Notes under the pieces: generated by a model
Told to the model about the DNA's origin: nothing
Databases searched by the model: none
Seen by the model: only the letters and a program-made list of their open reading frames with translations
Position numbers and translations under genes: made by a program
DNA from: Pseudomonadota bacterium
Lineage (GTDB): Bacteria > Bdellovibrionota_C > UBA2361 > OMII01
Reading direction: 5' to 3'
Assembly (NCBI GenBank): GCA_038134595.1
Contig: JAYPVM010000015.1
Coordinates: 1 to 41,834, forward strand
Length of the DNA: 41,834 nucleotides
Part shown: piece by piece, positions 28,407 to 37,492 of the stretch
How the letters are laid out: each line of letters opens with the position of its first letter
How positions within the stretch are numbered: the stretch's first letter is position 1

Positions 28407-28892
28407 ATGTTTTGGAAGCAGAAAAAAGAGGAGTCATCCTCAAATGTACAGTCAGTTGAGGCCGCACCTAATGGCGGTGTGACAGATGGCGGTAGTGGAG
28501 CAAAGCCTAGCAAAGTTGTTGCAAATCAAGATTCGGCTTCTGATGATTTAACAATAAAAACTACTCCTCATGCGCGCTCTCAAGGTGTGTACCGGGTTCC
28601 TAAGGGATACACTATCCTAGGGGACCCTTGTTGTGCCCATGGTATAATTATCGATGGAGCTGTAAAGGGGACTGTGCGCTCTGGTATGGTTCATATCTCG
28701 TCATCAGGTAAACTAGATGGCGCTGCCTATGCGCGAGAATTGCTTGTTGATGGGCTTGCTTCGGATGTTTTGAAAGCCACGGATCGTGTCGTGTTGCTAA
28801 AGGGTGCGGTTGTAAGCGGTAGTATTGAAACGCCTGCCATCGAGATAGATCCGCAAGCTCAGATTATAAACGCTCAGATGAAGATTGGCTAA
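28407..28892 (+). CDS. Bactofilin (polymer-forming cytoskeletal protein)
   Basis: AGGAGG RBS before ATG 28407; beta-helix pattern IIIDGAVKGTV...VHISSSGKLDG...LLVDG...AVVSGSIETPAIEIDPQA. Confidence 0.85.
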   Translation: MFWKQKKEESSSNVQSVEAAPNGGVTDGGSGAKPSKVVANQDSASDDLTIKTTPHARSQGVYRVPKGYTILGDPCCAHGIIIDGAVKGTVRSGMVHISSSGKLDGAAYARELLVDGLASDVLKATDRVVLLKGAVVSGSIETPAIEIDPQAQIINAQMKIG

Positions 28893-29067
28893 GGCTAGGC
28901 TTTTTCCCTTTTAGAGAGAAAAAGGAAGTATAGTCAGGTTGTAAGAGTGCGGGCGTGTTGCTCGTGTTCTGATATCAATAACGGCGTCAGAGATATTGGG
29001 GCACCAGAGATATTGCTGGTCTCGCATCGGAGCTTTTTGCCAAAAGCAACTGGAAAATAGTTTGCAT

Positions 29068-29102
29068 AAAAAAAGCGCCCAGAGTCGCCTCTGAGCGCTT
29101 TT
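29068..29102. terminator. Bidirectional intrinsic terminator between bactofilin and rplS
   Basis: A7-GCGCCCAGAG-TCGC-CTCTGAGCGC-T4 between convergent genes; a second hairpin ACTGAGG/CCTCAGT at 29112-29131. Confidence 0.85.
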
Positions 29103-29141
29103 GTCTTATCGACTGAGGTGAGTTCCTCAGTAGCCGAAATG

Positions 29142-29669
29142 TTAAGCCGCTTGGTTTGATGTCTGCTTCTTCTCTCTGTTTTGAAAGATAGTTTTGAGAC
29201 GGGCTGCTTTTCCTCGTAGGGGTCTTAGGTAGAATAGTCGAGCCCTTCTAACCTTAGCAGAGCTCACTATCTCAATCTTTTCAACCCGAGGGCTGTGTAG
29301 AAGGAACGTTCTTTCAACTCCGACGTTGTAGGATATCTTTCGAACTGTAAACGTTGCATCGGAATGAACTCCTTTGCTTCTTTTAATCACAACGCCTTCA
29401 AATATCTGAATACGCTCTTTATTGCCCTCAACGATGCGAGCGTGAACCTTTACGGTATCCCCTATTGCGAACTGGGGTGTTTCCTCTTTCAAGGCATCTT
29501 TAGTGATGACCGCAAGCGCTTCTGCTAGACTTGTAGGCTCTCGTCGTGTCGCCGCTGGAGCTGTTTCTTCAGAAGTTGTCTCTTCAGAAGTTGTTTCTTC
29601 TGTGGAAGTTTCCTCTGGAGTTGCCTCTACTACTTCCTCTGTTTGGTTCTTTTCATCTGAGTCTGTCAT
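29142..29669 (-). CDS. rplS: 50S ribosomal protein L19 with an acidic N-terminal extension
   Basis: [65 protein letters not shown] before ATG 29669. Confidence 0.97.
   Translation of the reverse strand: MTDSDEKNQTEEVVEATPEETSTEETTSEETTSEETAPAATRREPTSLAEALAVITKDALKEETPQFAIGDTVKVHARIVEGNKERIQIFEGVVIKRSKGVHSDATFTVRKISYNVGVERTFLLHSPRVEKIEIVSSAKVRRARLFYLRPLRGKAARLKTIFQNREKKQTSNQAA
29563..29622 (-). repeat. 15-bp in-frame tandem repeat encoding EETxx x4 in the L19 extension
   Basis: [34 protein letters not shown] duplicated. Confidence 0.8.
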
Positions 29670-29870
29670 AGCGTCCTCATCAACGTTCTGTAATCTCCCC
29701 ACCGCATATGAGCATGCTCTTGTAACAGCCCTACACCCTTGGTGGTCTTGCTTTATGGTTCTGTGTCAGGAATGCTCTACTGGGAGTGCTTACTTGCAAC
29801 GCACCCTCCAGATTCATGTCGCACAGCAAGAGCCTTTGTGCTCTCTATGTCTGTCCTGATAGAGCCACGG

Positions 29871-29899
29871 ATGCTACCACAGTAATTGTGCGATTTCAA
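29871..29899 (-). promoter_or_regulatory. Sigma70 promoter for rplS
   Basis: Minus strand TTGAAA-N17-TAGCAT with an extended -10 TG; implies a start near 29864. Confidence 0.65.
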
Positions 29900-30122
29900 T
29901 CAACTGGCGGTAGAAAAAGGCCTCGGCGCCAGCTAGACGACGTTTGCACGGCGGTTGCATAACGCTTTGATATCAAACGAAAATCTTATATTTTTTGCAG
30001 AATTAGCATGGTGTTTTCTCAGAAAGTGGGTTAGATCTATGCTAAGTTTTAGTGAAAGCTCCATATTTTTAGACCCTTGATGGGGTGTGCTAGGGGAGCG
30101 GTGTTTCTAGTGTCAATATAGT

Positions 30123-30452
30123 ATGGAAAAGACAAGTCAAATTATTCGCCGCGCTAAAAAGCGACGCTCTAAGAAGCCATCATGGACTAAAGAGCAGGAG
30201 CAGCGATACAAAGAGGTTAGCGCGACTTTAGAGCAGCAGGGGTTTACTGTAAGGCGAGAGGAGCTTAAGCGTGGGCATTGTTGGAAGGTTATCAGTGGAA
30301 CGTGCCGCTCTCAGTCTGAGCATTTTATATTTGTTGATAGTAGACTCGCGCCTCCTGAGCAGATAGCGTTTTTGCAATCGAAGCTGCTTGATGTAAATAC
30401 AGCTACAGGTGTTGAGGTGGAGCTTGCCGGGGCTGTGCTTGAAACCATCTAG
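30123..30452 (+). CDS. Small hypothetical protein
   Basis: 109-aa ORF with basic N-terminus and a VRREELK..SGTCR...FIFVDSRL pattern; lies upstream of mreB. Confidence 0.7.
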   Translation: MEKTSQIIRRAKKRRSKKPSWTKEQEQRYKEVSATLEQQGFTVRREELKRGHCWKVISGTCRSQSEHFIFVDSRLAPPEQIAFLQSKLLDVNTATGVEVELAGAVLETI

Positions 30453-30593
30453 CGGGGATGGTTAGTTCGCCATTGCCTTAGAAATTTTCTCTGAAGACCC
30501 GTTCGTGTTACCGTAAAAAAGTTCTGTGTAATTGAAGAGAATACTCTATTTCTCTTTTATTTACTGGTATGCTCCTAGGCGATTGTTACTTGA

Positions 30594-31667
<1,074 letters not shown>

Positions 31668-31672
31668 GGCTC

Positions 31673-32542
31673 ATGAGTTCAATTCGTAGAGACATTCATA
31701 CCGTTAGGAGCGTTCTAGCCGTATGCGTCGGGTTGCTTCTGTGCGCACTGTTTCTGACAGCCTATAGCTCGCGTAATCCTCATGTAGCTAGGGTTGGTAG
31801 TGCGATGATTTCTGAGCTTGTGATGCCAGTATCTCAGGCGGTGCACTATATTCGCTCGACATTTATCGCCACACTTGATTCATACGTCTTGTTAGTTGGC
31901 ACTGAAGAAGAGAATGCGAAATTGCGCGCAGAGCTTGATAGCTTAAAGACAAACGTAGACCTGGCACATGAGCTAGAGATTGAAAATGTGCGGTTACGTA
32001 ATCTGTTAGCTTTGGTTAATGCTCATAAGGGGACAACCGTTACGGCTGCTTCGGTCATCGGAGGAGATCCCGGTGGTTGGACACATAGTATCGCTATCAA
32101 TAAAGGCTCTTCAGCGGGTGTAGAGGTTGGTATGGGTGTGATTCATCCACGGGGTGTTGTTGGCCAAGTGGTCTCAGTCAGTTCGCATGGGGCGCGAGTC
32201 CTTTTGGTCGATGATCCAGCAAGTAGTGTAGATGTGCTCTTACAAGAAAGCCGTGCGCGGGGATTGCTGGAGGGGACGGGTCGCGAAACCACTACGATGC
32301 AGTTTGTTGATAAAAGCCAGTTAGTGAAAGAAGGAGACCGTGTCGTCACCTCGGGCATGGATTTGGTTTTCCCCAAGGGAATGCTCGTCGGTTTTGTTAG
32401 AAAGGTTAGCTACCATGTCGGTGATATTTTCAAGCAGGTTGAGGTGCGCCCATCGATTGAGTTTTCTAAATTGGAGGAGGTGCTTGTAGTACATGTTGCA
32501 AGACCAACAGCCTCTTCTTCGACTAACATTGGGCAGAACTAG
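31673..32542 (+). CDS. mreC: Rod shape-determining protein MreC
   Basis: N-terminal TM, coiled coil (ENAKLR, ENVRLRNLL), INKGS..GV, VVTSGMDLVFPKG; operon position. Confidence 0.95.
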   Translation: MSSIRRDIHTVRSVLAVCVGLLLCALFLTAYSSRNPHVARVGSAMISELVMPVSQAVHYIRSTFIATLDSYVLLVGTEEENAKLRAELDSLKTNVDLAHELEIENVRLRNLLALVNAHKGTTVTAASVIGGDPGGWTHSIAINKGSSAGVEVGMGVIHPRGVVGQVVSVSSHGARVLLVDDPASSVDVLLQESRARGLLEGTGRETTTMQFVDKSQLVKEGDRVVTSGMDLVFPKGMLVGFVRKVSYHVGDIFKQVEVRPSIEFSKLEEVLVVHVARPTASSSTNIGQN

Positions 32543-32551
32543 GGGGGTGTA

Positions 32552-33049
32552 ATGCGGTATGTAATGCTTGGAATGGTTGCAATGCTGTTTGTGGCTTTGC
32601 AGACAGCACTATTTCTTATCGATGTGCCGTTGTGGCTTGTGCCACAATGCTTGGTTTGCATTGTGGTTTTTTTAGCTTTCTATGAATGTAGTTTCGCCGC
32701 AGCCTTAGGAGCTTTTTGTCTCGGTCTTTTGCTTGATATCGCCTCGGGGGTTTCCGTTGGGCCGTGGGCAGGCGCCTATGTTTTTGTCTTTGGCTTTTTT
32801 CTGTTGCTGTCACAACGACTTTTTATTGAATCTCGAATTGTCTTGGTAATTGCTACAGGTGTTGCGGCTGTAATGGCTACGCTTTTGTTTTGCCTCTTCG
32901 CGGTGGAGTCTTCATCGGTTGGCCTTGGGCAGCTTCTGGCGCAAGGTGTTGCAACAGCATTGAGCGCACTTATTGTGTTTCCAACTTTGCAGCGGCTCTG
33001 GCGTCAGGGAGTAGCAGACGGGCAGCGATGGTCAGCCTCGGTGATGTAG
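32552..33049 (+). CDS. mreD: Rod shape-determining protein MreD
   Basis: Hydrophobic 165 aa, GLLLDIASG; located between mreC and mrdA. Confidence 0.85.
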   Translation: MRYVMLGMVAMLFVALQTALFLIDVPLWLVPQCLVCIVVFLAFYECSFAAALGAFCLGLLLDIASGVSVGPWAGAYVFVFGFFLLLSQRLFIESRIVLVIATGVAAVMATLLFCLFAVESSSVGLGQLLAQGVATALSALIVFPTLQRLWRQGVADGQRWSASVM

Positions 33050-33055
33050 AGGGAT

Positions 33056-34891
33056 ATGTCTGGTATAGAATCTACAGGTATTACAAAAAAGAAGTTTCGT
33101 GTTTTTATTGCACTGGGACTGTGTGTGGGCTGCCTTTGTATCCTCGTTGGGCGGCTGTGGTATCTTCAGATCATTCAAGGTAGTTTTTTTCGAGTTCGTT
33201 CTGAGAACAATAGGCTTCGAACTGTGTATGTTCCTGCACCCCGAGGAATCATCAAAGATAGAACTGGCGAAGAACTTGTACGTAATCGGCCGTCATTTAA
33301 TATCGAATTAGTTGTGGAGGATGCAGAGGATGTGCCAGCCACGGTACGTGCGGTGGCAAACATTGCAGGGGAGGAACCGGAGCGAGTGTTGTCGCGATTT
33401 TTGCAGCAAAATAAACGCCGGAGATTCGAGCCGAAAGTAGTTCTAAAGGATGTTTCCCGTGATGTAGTGGCTAAGGTTGCTGCGCAACGCCATAAGCTTG
33501 CAGGTGTTATTGTCAACGTCGTTCCGTCAAGGACATATCCGTTTGGAACCTTGGCGGCACATACGATTGGATACACAAGAGAGATTAGCGCAGAGCAACT
33601 CAAATCGGATGGATATCGGGGATATCTTTCGGGAGAGGTTGTTGGACAGTCAGGTATTGAAGCGTCACTGGAGCGGTATATTCGCGGGGACCGAGGGGTG
33701 CGTTCGGTGATTGTAAATGCTAGAGGAGTGAAGATATCTGAGGCGCATTTTCGGCCGGAGTCTCCAGGTAGTGATGTATTTCTCACGATAGACAGGGCTG
33801 TGCAACAAGCTGCTGAGCGTGCGCTTTCTGGTAAGCGAGGGGCGGTCGTCGCTCTTGATGTTAAAACAGGGCAGATTGTTGCGCTGGCTTCTAGCCCCAC
33901 TTATGACCCTTCATTGTTTACCCGAGAGATTTCCCCGGAAGTATGGCGGGATTTAAGTAATCCAGTTTCAAATAAGCTTGCTAATCGTGCTGTGCAAGGA
34001 ACGTTTCCGCCCGGTTCGATATTTAAAATTTTTGTTGCGGCGGGAGCTCTTGTGGAGGGGGTTACGTCACAACACGAGAAGCTTTTTTGTCCTGGATTCT
34101 TAAGGTTTGGTCGTCGGAATTTTCGGTGCCACAAACATTCTGGTCATGGAAATTCGAATCTTTATGACTCGATTGTTCAGTCGTGCGATGTGTTCTTCTA
34201 TACTATTGGACAAAGGTTGGGTGTTGATAGAATCTATCACTATGCCCACGATGTTTTCGGTCTCGGAACCAAGCTCCGCGTATGGGGTATTGATGGTAGT
34301 GAGGGGCTCATACCCTCTCGAGCGTGGAAACGAGCCGCCTTTAAAAAGCCGTCTGATAAAAAATGGTATCCAGGAGAGACCCTTCCAGTTGCGATCGGTC
34401 AGGGAGCTGTGTCTACTACGCCCCTTCAGATAGCCCGTTCGTTAGCGGCAGTTGTAAATGGCGGTAAACTGATGAGGCCGCAATTGATCGCAAAGATTGT
34501 CGCGGCCGATGGAAGGGTTCTCGAGGATATGGGTTCAACAGGCACCGTTGAACAGACGCTAGAGATAGAATCAGATGTCTTAAACTATCTCCGCAAGGCG
34601 ATGGTCGGTGTGGTTGAAGATAAAAGAGGAACGGCACACCGAGCGGCGCTTCCGAAAGGCTCTGCTATTAAAGTTGGAGGTAAGACCGGCACTGCGCAGG
34701 TTGCCTCTCGAGAGTCGGGTGTTAAGCGAGAGGACCATGCGTGGTTTGCGGGATTTGCTCCTGCTGACAAGCCAAGATTGGTTGTTGTGGCGTTAGTTGA
34801 AAACGGTGGACATGGTGGAGCCGTTGCAGCGCCGATTGCGCGTGATGTTTTTAAGTCTTACTTTGGGATAATCGATGAGCAACAAACATAG
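33056..34891 (+). CDS. mrdA: Penicillin-binding protein 2
   Basis: RLWYLQI, SENNR, APRGIIKDR, PPGSIFK (SxxK), QSCDVFFY, GKTGTAQV. Confidence 0.97.
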   Translation: MSGIESTGITKKKFRVFIALGLCVGCLCILVGRLWYLQIIQGSFFRVRSENNRLRTVYVPAPRGIIKDRTGEELVRNRPSFNIELVVEDAEDVPATVRAVANIAGEEPERVLSRFLQQNKRRRFEPKVVLKDVSRDVVAKVAAQRHKLAGVIVNVVPSRTYPFGTLAAHTIGYTREISAEQLKSDGYRGYLSGEVVGQSGIEASLERYIRGDRGVRSVIVNARGVKISEAHFRPESPGSDVFLTIDRAVQQAAERALSGKRGAVVALDVKTGQIVALASSPTYDPSLFTREISPEVWRDLSNPVSNKLANRAVQGTFPPGSIFKIFVAAGALVEGVTSQHEKLFCPGFLRFGRRNFRCHKHSGHGNSNLYDSIVQSCDVFFYTIGQRLGVDRIYHYAHDVFGLGTKLRVWGIDGSEGLIPSRAWKRAAFKKPSDKKWYPGETLPVAIGQGAVSTTPLQIARSLAAVVNGGKLMRPQLIAKIVAADGRVLEDMGSTGTVEQTLEIESDVLNYLRKAMVGVVEDKRGTAHRAALPKGSAIKVGGKTGTAQVASRESGVKREDHAWFAGFAPADKPRLVVVALVENGGHGGAVAAPIARDVFKSYFGIIDEQQT

Positions 34892-34908
34892 ACACGGCAT
34901 GGAGTAGG

Positions 34909-36051
34909 ATGAGCGTATTGCAGCGGCGTTTGTTTCGTCGAATAGATTGGTGGTTGATTGTTTTTGCGCTGGGCATTCCGCTTCTGGGATTGTTTGTTTT
35001 GTATAGCGCTGGATACGATCCTGAAGCCACGCCGATACGAGTAGGTGTTTTTGAATTTAGCTTTGCAAGTGCCACCTGTCTTCGGCAAGCAGTGTATCTT
35101 TGTGCTGGTATTTTGGTATTTTCGCTTGGTTCTTTTGTTCCGTTACGGTTTCTGTACCGACAGTCTTTCTTGCTCTATGCGGTTGGTATTGCTCTGTTAA
35201 TTGTTGTTGCTACGTCAGGCGTTGTTGTAAACGGCTCCCGTCGCTGGATAAGTTTCGGATTGTTTAATCTTCAACCTTCAGAGTGCATGAAATTGGGGGT
35301 TTTAATGGCGATGGCGAGGGTGTTGTCGAAGCGATTGCCGAGAGATGGCTCGATGTTTTCTTTGCGCGAGATTATTATTCCTGCTCTATGGATTAGTGTT
35401 CCGATGGCGCTCATTATGCAGCAGCCTGACTTAGGAACAGCGCTTTCTCTGGGGTTAGTTGGAGTGGCACAGATTTTGTTTGTGGGAGTGCGCCCGAAAG
35501 TATTGCTAGGAATTGTGCTTACGCTGTGTGTTCTGGCGTATCCGGCGTGGAACTCGCTTCACGGATATCAACAGCGGAGAATTATGGTGTTATTGAATCC
35601 AGAATCTGACCCGCAAGGTAGTGGCTATCATATCACCCAGTCAAAGATCGCGGTCGGCTCGGGGGAGTTGTTTGGAAAAGGTTTTCGCAAGGGAACGCAA
35701 ACTCAGTTGGAGTTTTTACCCGAGCATACTACTGATTTTGTGTTTTCCGTGTTGGCAGAGGAGTGGGGATTTATCGGATGCTGTTTTGTATTGGGCCTTT
35801 ACTTATGTCTCATCACGGTGATGCTTCGGGTAGCGAATCGGACAAAGGAGGTGTTTGCATGTTTGGTTGTAATTGGCATTACAACACAGATATTTACCCA
35901 CCTTGTTATTAATATCGGAATGGTTATAGGCTTGATGCCAGTGGTTGGTATACCGCTTCCGCTTATTAGCTACGGCGGTTCTTCCTTGGTGTCGTTAATG
36001 TTAGGTCTTGGCATAGTGCACGGTATAAGCATGAGGAGAGGGGCTTTTTAG
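34909..36051 (+). CDS. rodA: Rod shape-determining protein RodA (SEDS family)
   Basis: GSRRWI, LQPSE, QPDLGT, GSGYHITQSKIAVGSG, FLPEHTTDF, GIPLPLISYGGSS. Confidence 0.97.
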   Translation: MSVLQRRLFRRIDWWLIVFALGIPLLGLFVLYSAGYDPEATPIRVGVFEFSFASATCLRQAVYLCAGILVFSLGSFVPLRFLYRQSFLLYAVGIALLIVVATSGVVVNGSRRWISFGLFNLQPSECMKLGVLMAMARVLSKRLPRDGSMFSLREIIIPALWISVPMALIMQQPDLGTALSLGLVGVAQILFVGVRPKVLLGIVLTLCVLAYPAWNSLHGYQQRRIMVLLNPESDPQGSGYHITQSKIAVGSGELFGKGFRKGTQTQLEFLPEHTTDFVFSVLAEEWGFIGCCFVLGLYLCLITVMLRVANRTKEVFACLVVIGITTQIFTHLVINIGMVIGLMPVVGIPLPLISYGGSSLVSLMLGLGIVHGISMRRGAF

Positions 36052-36053
36052 TT

Positions 36054-37205
36054 TTGAATAGAGAGAGAGCAGGGCAAAGAGGGAGTATAGTGTGGGGAGC
36101 GAGGGTGCTGTGCACAATGATAGTCTTTGCTGTCGTTGGTCACGTAGAGTCTCAGGAGCAGCCGCAAGATGTTATTGTTAGCGGCGATGTTGTGTCATTT
36201 TCACCAGTGCGACAAGAGGTCATCGACCTGGTTTTAGATAGTATTCAGTCTCGTAGTCCACTTATTCTTCCTGCCCTAAAGGAATCTGAGAAGGTTCATC
36301 CGAATGTCGCTGGCATATGGGCGGGTGCTCGGACAGATATTGATACTAAGTTAGGAGAGGTTGTTCTACGATTTAGACCAACTGCTGAGGCTAGGTTGCG
36401 ACGAAACGAGGTGGGAGAAAAGCCGTTGCTTGAGTCCTATGAGATGACCCTGGCGATTAGGCCCAGAGGGATGTGGCTTCGTCATTCGAGCGCACTAGCA
36501 AAGGGAGCTCAGCGTGGCGTGGAGATAGCCCTTGCGAACAAGGGATACAGTCCTTCACTTGTTGATTTCGTGCCTGGAATTCGAGATAGCGGAGCATATG
36601 TTGCTATTCCGAGTCTTAATCCTTCCTTAGGGCACTCGATGTGGAGTGCGTATGTTTGCCCTCGAAAGCATGTGCTGCAAGCAAGTAAGGGCGCTGCTCG
36701 GGGAGTTTCTCTTGAGTTGCTGCGCTCTCCGTATGAGCTCTCTGAAGTCAAAGTAGACTATAAAGGAGAGATGCAGGCACAAATTCCTGCCGAGTTTCGG
36801 GAGGAGCGTTTGAAAATTCATACTGCATACAGTAAGCATTTGCCGCGGTCATCTACAAACGGTGATGAAGTTAAAAGTTTGTCGCCTACTTTGTATTTGC
36901 AGTACAAGCCTCAAGGGCCATTTTCCTTTTTTTACTTCAAGCCAGCTTCGAGCGTTCAAGAGGGCGTGCTCTCGATGGTTGAGATGGAAAACCCAGTGGG
37001 ATATACGAGAAAGCAGTATTTTAGCGATGTTACGTATATTCATCGAGTTGATGATCCTTCTCCAGTGCCAATTACCGTTAAGGGCTTAGTTCCGTACAGA
37101 GATGAAGGGGTGTGCTACCTAATTTTGATGCAAAAATCGGTCTGGAGTGAGTATGAGACGCCAGAGGACAAGAGGCAGAAGGGAGTGACGAAGCCGCAAT
37201 CTTGA
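36054..37205 (+). CDS. Hypothetical exported protein
   Basis: 383-aa ORF immediately after rodA; N-terminal hydrophobic signal-like segment; start uncertain. Confidence 0.7.
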   Translation: MNRERAGQRGSIVWGARVLCTMIVFAVVGHVESQEQPQDVIVSGDVVSFSPVRQEVIDLVLDSIQSRSPLILPALKESEKVHPNVAGIWAGARTDIDTKLGEVVLRFRPTAEARLRRNEVGEKPLLESYEMTLAIRPRGMWLRHSSALAKGAQRGVEIALANKGYSPSLVDFVPGIRDSGAYVAIPSLNPSLGHSMWSAYVCPRKHVLQASKGAARGVSLELLRSPYELSEVKVDYKGEMQAQIPAEFREERLKIHTAYSKHLPRSSTNGDEVKSLSPTLYLQYKPQGPFSFFYFKPASSVQEGVLSMVEMENPVGYTRKQYFSDVTYIHRVDDPSPVPITVKGLVPYRDEGVCYLILMQKSVWSEYETPEDKRQKGVTKPQS

Positions 37206-37492
37206 GGAGGGCGTACAGGGCTTTCTTTACGTGTGGAGTTGAGGTCGGCACGCTATTTTTAGGCGAACACAGGACTTTGAGCACGGTTAATTTTGGGGTA
37301 GGCTCTTTTTGAGCATAGTAAGTCGAGGGCTCTCGAGCAAAGGAGCTTGTTTCGTCACATATAGTCTGTTTCGGACGGTCGCTTGCGTTGCTCCGATTGT
37401 TTTTGACCTTTCATACGCACTGCAAGTTGGAGCACTCGAGCAGATGGGAACGAGGTCTGGGTTTTTATAATCGAATAAATGGCGAGGTGGAT

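Noticed and set aside
29503..29859. 118-aa + strand ORF opposite rplS
   Set aside because: Antisense to the L19 repeat region and leader; a low-complexity shadow.
33175..33900. 241-aa antisense ORF within mrdA, and similar antisense or alternate-frame ORFs inside the giant gene, mreB and guaB
   Set aside because: Shadows of well-supported genes, with no motifs or RBS.
37465..37490. Purine riboswitch upstream of guaB (TATAATCG...ATGG)
   Set aside because: It lacks the TTTCTACC core and P3 stem and runs straight into the RBS; TATAAT is more likely a -10 element.
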